A stretch of 64,000 nucleotides of DNA from Parcubacteria group bacterium GW2011_GWA2_51_10 (lineage in GTDB: Bacteria > Patescibacteriota > Minisyncoccia > Phycocordibacterales > UBA2100), in contig LCQS01000017.1 in NCBI GenBank assembly GCA_001004265.1, positions 2,530-66,529 on the forward strand, written 5' to 3'. The position numbers and the translations under genes are program-made. The stretch's first letter is position 1. Each line of letters begins with the position of its first letter. The notes below the pieces were generated by a model. The model saw only the letters and a list, made by a program, of their open reading frames with translations. It was not told the origin of the DNA and did not search any database. Positions 55,386-64,000 of the stretch are shown piece by piece.

Positions 55386-55613
55386 GTGAGAACAGACGAC
55401 AAAGCGATACAGGCTGTGCGACAGGCTCGCGCAGCCTCTTGCTTGAAGGAGCTGGGCAAGAAGCGTGATGAACTCGCCCCGCTGGCGAACAAGATATCTG
55501 CCGGCGAGTTGTGCGCGAAGCAGGTAGATTGCGATATGTGCACACGCTTGGCGTCGTCGTTCAGGCGTCTGTTCGAGCGTGTTATGTCAATGGTGTCCGT
55601 AAAGAACCATTGA
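55386..55613 (+). CDS. small hypothetical protein
   Basis: 75 aa. GTG start 7 nt after SD aaggaga. Ends at a strong terminator. Confidence 0.5.
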   Translation: MRTDDKAIQAVRQARAASCLKELGKKRDELAPLANKISAGELCAKQVDCDMCTRLASSFRRLFERVMSMVSVKNH

Positions 55614-55639
55614 TATTGATCAGTCCAAGCGACTCTCTC

Positions 55640-55672
55640 AAAAACCCCCCGACGGCGGACGGGGGGTTTTTA
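55640..55672. terminator. bidirectional rho-independent terminator (rpsT and 55386..55613)
   Basis: aaaaa-cccccc-gacggcggac-gggggg-ttttt. Confidence 0.75.
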
Positions 55673-55691
55673 TTGAGTATTGGCGGAACAG

Positions 55692-55958
55692 CTACGCTCC
55701 AGTACTTCGAAGCCGTCTCGAGATACGCGATTTCATTCGCGCCGCTGTATTCTTTTTTATAACCCCCTTCTTTGAGGCCTTATCAATCGCCTTATATGTC
55801 TTTGGGAGGAGGCCTGCCGCCTCGGACATTTTTTTATCGTTTAGTAGTCCGGCAATTTCCTTCACAATATCTTTCATCGCCTTTTGTCGGCGTACATTAA
55901 AAACGTGCCTGCGAGTTGCTACACGCGCTGCCTTTTTCGCCGATTTCGTCTTTGCCAT
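55692..55958 (-). CDS. rpsT: 30S ribosomal protein S20
   Basis: Start placed at MAKTKSAKKAARVATRRHVFNVRRQKAMKD, canonical S20. Confidence 0.9.
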   Translation of the reverse strand: MAKTKSAKKAARVATRRHVFNVRRQKAMKDIVKEIAGLLNDKKMSEAAGLLPKTYKAIDKASKKGVIKKNTAARMKSRISRRLRSTGA

Positions 55959-56113
55959 ATTAGATTTTATTAACGAATGAAATGAGTTCAGCAAATCTTA
56001 TACCCAGCACCTTTCGCGAAAGGTGCTGGGTTCCCTCCCATATGCAGCCTTTGCAAAAGTAGCGGCATCGTACCTTACGTGCAGCGTTAATGCAATCGCG
56101 ATATCATTCGGGA

Positions 56114-56686
56114 ATGATCGGCTTCCTCGAAGGCACGGTAAAGAAAACATCGAGCGGCTATGCAATTGTGAGCGCAGGCGGCGTGGGATACAAAATCGCC
56201 GGCACGCGCGAGGCGCTCGCCACGCTTCGCGTCGGTGAGCGCGCTTCACTCTGGACGCATCTTGCGGTGCGCGAAAACGCCCTTGATCTCTATGGATTTC
56301 AGAGCGAGGAAGAGCTTCGCATATTCGAGCTTCTCCTTACGGTTTCCGGCATCGGGCCCAAATCAGCCCTCGCGGTCCTTGATGTTGCGACCGTCGGCTC
56401 ACTGCGCTCCGCAATATCTCAAGGCAACGCAAACTACCTCACCAACGTTTCCGGCATTGGCAAGAAAACCGCCGAAAAAATTATTCTCGAACTGAAAGAT
56501 AAAATTGGCGTCGGAGCCGAGGGGACCGTCGAATCGCTGCAGGGAGACGAAGAGGCGCTCGCCGCAATGCGCGCGCTCGGTTACTCGCAAAGCGAAGCGC
56601 GCGATGTGCTTCGCAAAGTTCCGCAGTCTACACAAGGCACAAACGAGCGCCTGCGCGAAGCGCTAAAACTCTTAGGAAGAAAGTAA
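56114..56686 (+). CDS. ruvA: Holliday junction DNA helicase subunit RuvA
   Basis: MIGFLEGTV...GYKI (OB domain I), two HhH motifs (VSGIGPKSALAVL and VSGIGKKTAEKIILEL), and C-terminal domain III. Confidence 0.9.
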   Translation: MIGFLEGTVKKTSSGYAIVSAGGVGYKIAGTREALATLRVGERASLWTHLAVRENALDLYGFQSEEELRIFELLLTVSGIGPKSALAVLDVATVGSLRSAISQGNANYLTNVSGIGKKTAEKIILELKDKIGVGAEGTVESLQGDEEALAAMRALGYSQSEARDVLRKVPQSTQGTNERLREALKLLGRK

Positions 56687-56687
56687 C

Positions 56688-57953
56688 ATGCGCTCTCTGA
56701 AGCAACTCATTGCTCGCCTGGCGCCATCATTTGTGCTCTCCCTCTACCATGTTCTCCTTGCGTTCCTCGGCGCGCTTCTCTATGGCTTTCCTTCCGAAAA
56801 ACTCACGGTCATCGCTGTGACAGGGACGAAGGGAAAATCGAGCACTATTGAATTTTTAAACGCGATACTTGAGGAAGCCGGATACAAAACAGCTCTCGTG
56901 AGTTCGATCCGCATCAAGCTCGGTGATACAAGTGAACCGAATACCCTGGGCCGCTCCATGCCAGGCCGCTTCTTTCTACAGCGATTTCTCTCGCGCGCAC
57001 TCCGCGCCGACTGCAGTGTGGCTATCCTCGAAATGACATCTGAGGGCGCGCGCCAGCACCGCCATCGATGTATCGAGCTCGATGCTTTGATATTCACGAA
57101 CCTCGCCCCCGAGCATATCGAATCGCACGGCTCATATGAAAACTATGCCAATGCGAAATTTGAAATAGCGCGCCAGCTCGTGCGTTCAAACAAGCGCTCG
57201 CGCATACTTGTTGCAAATGGCGAAGATCCCGCTGGCTTACGTTACCTTGCGCTCCCCGTCGAGCGAGCGCTTCCATTCTCGCTCTCTCTCGTTGCCCCCT
57301 TCCATGCTGATGAAAAAGGCGGGAGCTTCACGCTCGAAGGTCTCGGAATGCACATCGCGCTTCCCGGAGAATTCAGCCTCAAGAACGCGCTCGCCGCGGC
57401 CGTGCTTGCACGCACTATAGGTGTTTCTCCCGGCACCATACAGTCAGGTCTGCAAAAAGTGGAAGTGATCCCTGGAAGAGTCGAGGAGATCCGCGCGGGC
57501 CAGGATTTCTTGGTCGTCGTTGATTACGCACACACGCCGGATTCACTGCAGGCGCTCCTTACGAGCTATGGAGCTCGCAGGAAAATCTGCGTGTTTGGCT
57601 CTGCCGGTGGCGGACGCGATAGCTGGAAGCGGCCTGTCATGGGAAAAATCGCGGAAAAGTACTGCGCACGTATCATTCTGACCACAGATGACCCGTATGA
57701 TGAGAATCCGGGAAAAATAATCACAGAAATCGCATCCGGCATGAAAAACAAACCGGAAATGATCGAGGACAGGCGACTCGCCATCCGAGAAGCGCTCTTG
57801 GGCGCTCGAGTGCAGGACGCCGTTTTGATCGTCGGCAAAGGAATCGACCCGATTCACGGACCCCGCGGCGCTACATTGCCGTGGAATGACGTCGAAGTGG
57901 CACGCGAGGAGCTCACGGCACTGTTGAAGCGGCGCAGTGCACCTGGGTTATAA
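56688..57953 (+). CDS. Mur ligase family protein (MurE/MurF-like, short form with N-terminal TM)
   Basis: 421 aa. IAVTGTKGKSST (P-loop), DALIFTNLAPEHIESHGSYENYANAK (Mur ligase middle-domain motif), and C-terminal domain. Confidence 0.6.
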   Translation: MRSLKQLIARLAPSFVLSLYHVLLAFLGALLYGFPSEKLTVIAVTGTKGKSSTIEFLNAILEEAGYKTALVSSIRIKLGDTSEPNTLGRSMPGRFFLQRFLSRALRADCSVAILEMTSEGARQHRHRCIELDALIFTNLAPEHIESHGSYENYANAKFEIARQLVRSNKRSRILVANGEDPAGLRYLALPVERALPFSLSLVAPFHADEKGGSFTLEGLGMHIALPGEFSLKNALAAAVLARTIGVSPGTIQSGLQKVEVIPGRVEEIRAGQDFLVVVDYAHTPDSLQALLTSYGARRKICVFGSAGGGRDSWKRPVMGKIAEKYCARIILTTDDPYDENPGKIITEIASGMKNKPEMIEDRRLAIREALLGARVQDAVLIVGKGIDPIHGPRGATLPWNDVEVAREELTALLKRRSAPGL

Positions 57954-57967
57954 TTTTGTAAATCGGC

Positions 57968-58957
57968 ATGATTAAAAAAACTCTCTTGTTAATTCTCGCC
58001 TTTCTCATTGTTATCTTTATCTTTTTGTGGATATGGACAGGCGGCCTTTCGAAAACGTGGCAGGCGGCGCAAACTTTTCCCGGCCTCTTTAATTTTCTTC
58101 GCGGGGCAACCTCGACGATAACAGGCTTTCAACTTCCATGGCAGATGCAGTTCCCCACGGGCGCATCCATCAGTCCTGCGGGCGACGGGAACGCATCTGT
58201 CGAGCGGGATACGGAATCGTTCGAAGGTGACTACGAGAACCTGCGATCGGAGATAACAGAAGCGCAAAATTTTGGCACGCCTTCTCCCTTCCGCGGTCGC
58301 ATTCTCATCGTGGGCGCAGGCGCGACGCGCGAAAGCGATCCTGCGCGTGAATACATCGAGATCGCCGCGAGGGCAGATGTAACCGCACCAGTTGCTATTT
58401 CAGGCTGGTCTCTGCAGAGCGCCTACACGGGCGTGCGCGCATACATTCCGCGCGCAGTGCGCATCTTCGCCATGGGCGTCGTAAACCGCGATGAGCCGAT
58501 CCAACTTGATCCCGGCTCGCATGCAATAGTGAATTCCGGCGTATCCCCTGTCGGTGTTTCTCTGCGCGAGAATATATGCACCGGCTACTTGGAACAGTTC
58601 CAGGGCTTTGCGCCGCCGCTTCCAAATTCCTGCCCTATTCCGGGGACGCTCCTATCGATGACCGCAGGAAATCTTCGCACGTATGGGGAATCGTGCTTTG
58701 ATTTTCTGGAGTCTGTCCCGCAATGTACATCTCCCCTTTCGAACATTCCGCCGGATCTCTCCCCAAATTGCCGCGCATTCGTACTCAACAACCTTTCGTA
58801 CAATGGCTGCGTTAACATGAATCAATCGCGTGCAGTCTTTCTCTCCGACACATGGCGCGTCTATCTCGGCGGGAGCGCAGAGCTCTGGAGCAATCGGCAC
58901 GATGTGATCCGACTATTGGATGCGGAAGGACGAACGGTCGATGCGATAACGTACTAG
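57968..58957 (+). CDS. membrane-anchored secreted hypothetical protein
   Basis: 329 aa. N-terminal TM LLLILAFLIVIFIFLWIW and several Cys. Confidence 0.5.
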   Translation: MIKKTLLLILAFLIVIFIFLWIWTGGLSKTWQAAQTFPGLFNFLRGATSTITGFQLPWQMQFPTGASISPAGDGNASVERDTESFEGDYENLRSEITEAQNFGTPSPFRGRILIVGAGATRESDPAREYIEIAARADVTAPVAISGWSLQSAYTGVRAYIPRAVRIFAMGVVNRDEPIQLDPGSHAIVNSGVSPVGVSLRENICTGYLEQFQGFAPPLPNSCPIPGTLLSMTAGNLRTYGESCFDFLESVPQCTSPLSNIPPDLSPNCRAFVLNNLSYNGCVNMNQSRAVFLSDTWRVYLGGSAELWSNRHDVIRLLDAEGRTVDAITY

Positions 58958-58979
58958 GTAGCTTCTAGCTTCTAGGAAA
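58958..58979. repeat. heptamer tandem repeat (CTAGCTT-like) between convergent genes
   Basis: tag gtagctt ctagctt ctaggaa. Confidence 0.6.
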
Positions 58980-59432
58980 TGAGAAGAGGATGATGCCGGC
59001 GGCGACTGAAACATTCAGTGATTCCTTGTCGCCGCGCATTGGAATTTCAATGAGTTCAGCGCACTGCTCGCGCAATAACGGTGAGAGCCCTCGCACTTCA
59101 TTTCCAAAAACGAACAACGTGTTCTCGCGGACCTTGAATTTCCGATAATCAATCGAGCGCTCGTCCTGTTCCACCCCGACTATGTGCCAGCCTTCGCTTC
59201 GGAGTTTCTTGATAATCGGAGCAGGACGTTTTGAATATTCCCACGGCACAAAAGTCGTGGCGCCGAGCGCTGTCTTTGCGATTTCCTTTTGGGCGCGTCC
59301 AAATCTGTCGACGGGAAGAGGCGCGTAGCCTGAAAGATACAATTTGGAAACGCCGGCGGCATCGGCTGTCCGAAAAATCGAGCCGACATTGTGTGCACTC
59401 CGCACGTTATGCAATAAAACCGCAATCCTCAT
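58965..59432 (-). CDS. SpoU/TrmH-class RNA 2'-O-methyltransferase (TrmL-like)
   Basis: 155 aa. NVGSIFRTADAAG (motif I), LVFGNEVRGL (motif II), and LNVSVAAGIILF (motif III) of the SPOUT family. Confidence 0.85.
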   Translation of the reverse strand: MRIAVLLHNVRSAHNVGSIFRTADAAGVSKLYLSGYAPLPVDRFGRAQKEIAKTALGATTFVPWEYSKRPAPIIKKLRSEGWHIVGVEQDERSIDYRKFKVRENTLFVFGNEVRGLSPLLREQCAELIEIPMRGDKESLNVSVAAGIILFSFPRS

Positions 59433-59469
59433 AGTAAGAGACTATAGCCGCTAGTCTCCGCAAGCAATG

Positions 59470-59515
59470 GCATTGAACTTTTTGCTACAAGCTGTACGCT
59501 ACAAGCTACACGTTA
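59470..59515. repeat. heptamer tandem repeat (CTACAAG/CTACACG-like x6) upstream of the methyltransferase gene
   Basis: ctacaag ctgtacg ctacaag ctacacg ttacaag ctacgg. Confidence 0.75.
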
Positions 59516-59826
59516 CAAGCTACGGAGAAACGGCAACGATCCGCATACTCGCCGCTGCGGAAGCGGCAATCGCGATGGCGCTTTTTTTGGGCTCATGGAC
59601 TCAAATTACTGCCATTGCCGCCGCAGTTGTCGTTGCACGCTGGCTCGTCTCTCCTGCGACACGCCCTTTGCCGCGAAGCACGTCCCTCCTTGCGCTCGTT
59701 ATGTGCCTTTCGCTTTTGGTAACGGGCGCCGGCGCCCTCGCCTTTGATTTGCCCCTATAAATAATCCCCTCCGGGCTGTGCGTAATTGTCCCTTGCCGGA
59801 CGCAGTGCTCCTGCCATAATGTCCCC

Positions 59827-60990
59827 ATGAAACTCGAAAAACTGTATCGACGCGGCCCTGATGCCCACGCTGAACAGGCTAAAAAAGCCCTTCTCGATCC
59901 GATAACAGATGAACCAATCGAACTCGGCGAGCATGACCGTAAGATGTCCGACATCCTGGATAACGGCTCCGAAGAAGATCGGTTTCTGCAGTATCTAGGT
60001 TCCTTCAAAAGCGCAGGGGCTGCCAAGCTCGCACATGCACTTATGGAACGCGCTACGTTATCGACAACTGACAAGGCACTTCTTGACGGCGTCCTCTTGA
60101 AGTACAACCCAGACCGAGCGCGGATCGAAAAGGTACAAGACGCAATTGATGACGACGAGATGTTCGAGGAAATATTGCGGCTCAGTCCGCGGATTAGACA
60201 AGTAACAAGACAAGCGGATAAAGAACAGATCGTTGAAATTTTCAAGGCAGAAATAGAGCGCCTTGGGCTAAAGAACCAACAGCCTTTTGCGAAACTCGTA
60301 AAGCAGTTGAAGACAGTGCACCAAACCCTTGAGAGACCAGACGTAGCCTCAATCAACGACAGCATCGCTGACGCGCTCGCAAAATCGGGAGTTGCTGCCG
60401 ACAAATACGACGAGATCCTGACGAGCGGAGTCACGGCATCTACGCGAGCAGAATTTACGAAAGCAGCAGCGGAGCAGATGACAACATGGGAGAGTATGAC
60501 CAATTTCTTTTTTAAGTATGCAGACAAACGCGGGTCCGCACTATATGGAACAGCCTTGGAGAAAGAGCGACTTACCGCAGAGTGTGATCGATATATAAAG
60601 ATGGTCGCGAATACGCTGGCAAGAACCATAACTCCAGAAATCCAGCAGAAAATCGATCGTTATGAAATATATGGCGAAGAGATAAAGTTGGATAACCGAA
60701 ATGTAAAAACACTTCGTGACATGAAAAACACGCAGACGCAGGTAAGTAGTCGTAGAGAACAGCAGGCTCGAGAAAGTCGCTACCGACAGTATCGTGCAGA
60801 GGAAGCCCGCAAAATTGGAAAGGCTGCGAATGCCTTAGATCCTGGGGAAATAGACACGATCAGGAACGGGTTTGCCGCACAAGAGTCAGAGGAGCTGAAC
60901 AAGCGACATCGCGGCAGCGGAATTCTCGCCGCGCTTCTCTCTCTTCTGTTCGAGCCCGCCGATATTAGAAAGACGATTGAACATATATGA
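59827..60990 (+). CDS. all-alpha hypothetical protein
   Basis: 387 aa, charged/helical with no TM. The antisense 342-aa ORF is Ser-rich and rejected. Confidence 0.55.
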   Translation: MKLEKLYRRGPDAHAEQAKKALLDPITDEPIELGEHDRKMSDILDNGSEEDRFLQYLGSFKSAGAAKLAHALMERATLSTTDKALLDGVLLKYNPDRARIEKVQDAIDDDEMFEEILRLSPRIRQVTRQADKEQIVEIFKAEIERLGLKNQQPFAKLVKQLKTVHQTLERPDVASINDSIADALAKSGVAADKYDEILTSGVTASTRAEFTKAAAEQMTTWESMTNFFFKYADKRGSALYGTALEKERLTAECDRYIKMVANTLARTITPEIQQKIDRYEIYGEEIKLDNRNVKTLRDMKNTQTQVSSRREQQARESRYRQYRAEEARKIGKAANALDPGEIDTIRNGFAAQESEELNKRHRGSGILAALLSLLFEPADIRKTIEHI

Positions 60991-61232
60991 TCCCAGAAAC
61001 ACTAAGAAAAGAGCTCGATCTTTTGATTGACGCAGGAGATTTGAATGCCGTTGAAGACTTTATGGTGGAACACTTTAAAGAGATGCCGAGAGAGATGCAG
61101 GGCAGACTGCTGACTAATTGGTTTTCTGAGTCAGTTGAGCGAGAGCAAAACAAGCGAAAGCTGCAAGAAGAAGGTCTCGTCGCATTGGAAAAACTTCTCA
61201 AGATAAAGGAAGAGCTTTCAAAATCTGAATAG
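60987..61232 (+). CDS. small helical hypothetical protein (translationally coupled to the upstream gene)
   Basis: 81 aa in an ATGA overlap. Confidence 0.45.
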   Translation: MIPETLRKELDLLIDAGDLNAVEDFMVEHFKEMPREMQGRLLTNWFSESVEREQNKRKLQEEGLVALEKLLKIKEELSKSE

Positions 61233-61268
61233 AATTCGTACCTCTGTTTGGGTATAATCTAAAAGCAG

Positions 61269-61339
61269 CCCCCCATAGCTTAGTGGTAAAGCAGCTCCCT
61301 TTTAAGGAGTTGATCGAGGTCCGATTCCTCGTGGGGGGA
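61269..61339 (+). tRNA. tRNA-Lys (anticodon TTT)
   Basis: Acceptor cccccca/tgggggg, D-arm gctt-agtggta-aagc, anticodon arm gctcc-ctTTTaa-ggagt, T-arm cgagg-tccgatt-cctcg. Confidence 0.75.
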
Positions 61340-61515
61340 CTTGAACATAGTTCAAGCCCCCGCGAGGATGGGAAAGGGTCGGGAAACGGGAGTTTCCCGC
61401 GGCGGGAGGCAGCTCGCTAAGCGAACGTTGGAAAACCGAGGGTTTCCAAGGACTCTAGGAGGGACTAGCGATCCGCCTAATGGCGGACGAAATTTAAAAA
61501 TTGAAATATCACAAG

Positions 61516-62850
61516 TTAAATTCCGACAGTGACGCGGACGTAATCAGTTGCGGGAATGCCTTCGGGCGTGAGACACGAGAGAGAAAAAATTGTGTCGCCC
61601 GTAAGGGGCACTGTGGAGGCGCCTTTGAGATTCGTCGAGCCAGTCTGACTGAAACTGCCATCGGGACTCGTTACGGCGCACGTTGCGACATTTCGCCCGT
61701 ACCAGAATATTGACGTGCGTGAACCGATTGAGACAGATGCCGGCACTGCCCAGATGTCGATGGACGGCGGGAGAGATGGCGTTGTGGTCGCGGGCGTCGC
61801 AGTTTTGGGTGCAGGCGTCACAGATTTGGGTGTAGTGGCCGCTGGGCGCGCCGTCGCCTGCTGCACGGGCGCAGCAGAAGCCGCTATACCCACGCGAAAC
61901 CCTCGCGCGGAACAGAGCCCATCAAAAAGAGCGGGCGCAATCAAAGAAGTGAGAGTCGGCGTCATCCACGCGCGCACGATACACATGCGCTCGACAAGTG
62001 TTTGCGTGGAACCCGCACTGGTATTTGCCCCAAAAAATCCCGAAACCTCGACGTTGCGCGCGCCTTCGCGAACTCCCGCCTCAATCGTCGCGGCATTTCC
62101 AGAGATCCTGACGTCAGCTTTACTCCCTGCGGGAATTGTCACAACGGGAGGCACGACCGGGCCGGGCGTCGCTTGGCCCGCACTTTGATTCGCGTTCTGC
62201 AGAGTATTTAAAAGAAAATCGCTCACGTTTGGCGCGGGTGCCCGTGTTCCGCTTATGTTTGTCGGCGTACTCTGCGTCGGAGTGCGCAGCGAATTTAGAA
62301 GCTGATCTGCGGTGCTTAATCCAGTCGTACTCGAACTCGGCACGTAGACGGCACACGGATCGCTCGTCGGCGTTGATACGCGATAGTAGGAGCGACATCC
62401 GCTCTGCGAAATTTGCGTGCCCCCGCTACTTTGACTCCCTTGAAACGCAGCAGAGATGCCCCTATTTACGATTTGCCCGAGAGCGCCAGATATGACACCA
62501 CCCATGAGGCCCGTGACCCATGTCGCCTGACAAAGATTCGGACCTACGCAAATTCCTCCAGAAGGAAATCCCAAAACGGTCGCCATGCATGGCCGTCCTG
62601 CCGCCGCAGGATAAGGATTGCACTGCAGGTTGGCGGGTGATGATATTTGCGAACCGATGGCAGCACCGCCCGCGCCGCCCGAGGCCGAGCCGGCGGCACT
62701 AGGAACGAACAACCATTCGTTATTTGTCTGTTGAACCCACGTACCGCCAGGCCGCGGCAAGGGCTGAGCAGCCACAATACTCGGAATTAGCACTGCGGCC
62801 AATAACAATACGGCGACTTTCTTAATAAAAACGGATTGCATGCGTACCAA
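61516..62850 (-). CDS. secreted Ser/Thr/Pro-rich protein with C-terminal Ig-like segment
   Basis: 444 aa. Signal peptide MVRMQSVFIKKVAVLLLAAVLIPSIVAAQ. Confidence 0.55.
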   Translation of the reverse strand: MVRMQSVFIKKVAVLLLAAVLIPSIVAAQPLPRPGGTWVQQTNNEWLFVPSAAGSASGGAGGAAIGSQISSPANLQCNPYPAAAGRPCMATVLGFPSGGICVGPNLCQATWVTGLMGGVISGALGQIVNRGISAAFQGSQSSGGTQISQSGCRSYYRVSTPTSDPCAVYVPSSSTTGLSTADQLLNSLRTPTQSTPTNISGTRAPAPNVSDFLLNTLQNANQSAGQATPGPVVPPVVTIPAGSKADVRISGNAATIEAGVREGARNVEVSGFFGANTSAGSTQTLVERMCIVRAWMTPTLTSLIAPALFDGLCSARGFRVGIAASAAPVQQATARPAATTPKSVTPAPKTATPATTTPSLPPSIDIWAVPASVSIGSRTSIFWYGRNVATCAVTSPDGSFSQTGSTNLKGASTVPLTGDTIFSLSCLTPEGIPATDYVRVTVGI

Positions 62851-62865
62851 AATTATATCACTGGG

Positions 62866-63513
62866 TCACGCCACAGAAAGAGCGAATCTCAAAAGCGCAT
62901 AGTCGAGAGGAAAGTTCTGCCGCCTCGATTCGTGCGGAAGCTCGGCAAGCTCTGCGAGGAGCCGCTCGCCCCGCACTCTCTCGCGGCTGCCGACTGCGCT
63001 CGATAGAACCATTTGCTTTGCGCCCCAAAACAGGACGCCATGGAGCGCTTCGGGTTTGCCCCCGCGCGAGAGTTCCCGCTCAAGAGAAATCCACAGCGCT
63101 TTCTTATCGCCTTTCTTGAGAGCGTTCGCGAGTGCGAATACGGTTGTTTGCTCCTTTCGTTTTGCGGCATCGAATTTTTTGTATGAATGCGCATGTTTTT
63201 GAATCGTCTCTCGCGTTGCCGCATCCGTTCTTTCTTCAAACATAAAAAAATGCTCTCCTGATTGCGCGATGAACGGAAAGGCCGCAAGTAGTGGGGCGCG
63301 CATCTCCTCATTCTCGAGAACCCCATCGAAAATAACGACTCGCGCTTCGCCGAACATTCCTCTCCCGCGCAGAGCCGCCTCCAGATCGGTGAGACCGCTC
63401 GCATCCGTCACGCGCATTATCCGCGCTCCGGCTTTCCGCGACACGGCCTCCGCCGCCTCGTTCATTTCGTCGCGAGCTTTCAACCGATCAGTCCCTACGT
63501 ATACGAAAAGCAT
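62866..63513 (-). CDS. DNA polymerase III delta-subunit-like protein (HolA-like), tentative
   Basis: Start placed at MLFVYVGTDRLKARDE. The alpha-helical pattern resembles delta-subunit N/C domains. Adjacent to polA. Confidence 0.35.
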   Translation of the reverse strand: MLFVYVGTDRLKARDEMNEAAEAVSRKAGARIMRVTDASGLTDLEAALRGRGMFGEARVVIFDGVLENEEMRAPLLAAFPFIAQSGEHFFMFEERTDAATRETIQKHAHSYKKFDAAKRKEQTTVFALANALKKGDKKALWISLERELSRGGKPEALHGVLFWGAKQMVLSSAVGSRERVRGERLLAELAELPHESRRQNFPLDYALLRFALSVA

Positions 63514-63644
63514 ATTTTCTATTTTCCCACAACGCCGCGCTTGCGCCATCTGTGCGTTTGAGGGTGTCTCGCAGACCGGCGGGCCGAGAGTCAGCGCTGC
63601 GCCAGCAGCGCTAGAGCGGCGACCCGAAAACGTACAGAAGGTAC

Positions 63645-64000
63645 TTAGCGCGGCAACCGCTCCATTTTGCCCCAATCCTCGCCAATGGCGGCTTCTGCAA
63701 CGATGGGAACTCCACTCAACTCCTTTTTCGAGACGACCGTCTCCATGATATGGCGGAGCTCGTGCGCAAGGCCCTCGGCGCGGCTCTTTTCTATTTCGTA
63801 CACAAGTTCGTCGTGCACGGTGAGCACGAGTCGCGCGCTCTTCCGCAAGTTTTCTTTTTCGAAAAAAGTATCGGCGCGCACCATCGCGAGCTTGATGATA
63901 TCTGCCTGTGTTCCTTGGAGAGGCGCGTTAACCGCCATCCGCTCCGCCTGCGAACGCAGATTTGGAAGCGCCGACTTGAAGCCCGGAAAGTAACGCCTTC
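63645..64000 (-). CDS. polA: DNA polymerase I, C-terminal fragment (gene continues beyond the window end)
   Basis: NAPLQGTQADIIKLAMV...RLVLTVHDELVYEI...VPIVAEAAIGEDWG is the Pol I motif C / C-terminus. Confidence 0.85.
   Translation of the reverse strand, partial: RRYFPGFKSALPNLRSQAERMAVNAPLQGTQADIIKLAMVRADTFFEKENLRKSARLVLTVHDELVYEIEKSRAEGLAHELRHIMETVVSKKELSGVPIVAEAAIGEDWGKMERLPR

Noticed and set aside
59601-60629. 342-aa minus-strand ORF.
   Set aside because: Ser/Ala/Arg-rich low-complexity sequence antisense to the 387-aa plus-strand ORF 59827..60990, which has normal composition. Judged a shadow ORF.
1-64000. Diversity-generating retroelement or reverse transcriptase, integrase, transposase.
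   Set aside because: Scanned all ORF translations for RT (YxDD with upstream motifs), tyrosine/serine recombinase and DDE signatures. None found. The only long near-identical repeat pair (21982/40798) is intergenic and 18 kb apart, so it is not a TR/VR pair.

Overview
This 64-kb window looks like a compact bacterial chromosome segment of roughly 55-60% GC. The strongly reduced biosynthesis and the surface-protein and pilus content would fit a Patescibacteria/CPR-like organism, but that is inference and not proven by the sequence.

Most genes are housekeeping: ribosomal proteins (rplJ-rplL, rpsF-ssb-rpsR, secE-nusG-rplK, rplS, rpsT), the aminoacyl-tRNA synthetases metG, glyS, ileS and argS, then recA, ftsK, ruvA, ruvX, efp, tmk and a polA fragment. 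There are five tRNAs, a type IV pilus pilM/N/O cluster, a glycosyltransferase and membrane-protein cluster, and several large secreted or peptidoglycan-binding surface proteins.

The observations most worth a second look are:
- A roughly 1.5-kb AT-rich island (3.3-4.8 kb) carries a tightly linked operon: a zinc-ribbon mini-protein, a Cas4/RecB-like PD-(D/E)XK nuclease with a Cys cluster, and an unknown protein. No CRISPR array or integrase is present.
- The isoleucyl-tRNA synthetase carries a roughly 215-aa histidine-phosphatase (phosphoglycerate-mutase-family, RHG motif) insertion, and its C-terminal domain sits in a separate frame.
- A 7-bp-periodic, TAG/CTA-rich tandem motif occurs at at least 11 intercistronic spacers.
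- A roughly 110-nt structured element occurs twice (22.0 kb and 40.8 kb), with a compensatory base-pair change between the copies.
- Both threonine-pathway genes are disrupted: thrC by an internal deletion plus frame change, hom by a frameshift.
- A bacterial riboflavin kinase is translationally coupled to a stand-alone archaeal RibL-like nucleotidyltransferase.
- A tRNA-Arg 5' segment is duplicated and interrupted by twin hairpins.
- A 37-aa hydrophobic peptide has its own promoter-like sequence and terminator.

Several genes (ileS, thrC, hom, and the 5010..6380 / 6292..7224 secreted-protein pair) need a frameshift to be read through. This is either real gene decay or assembly error and should be checked against reads.
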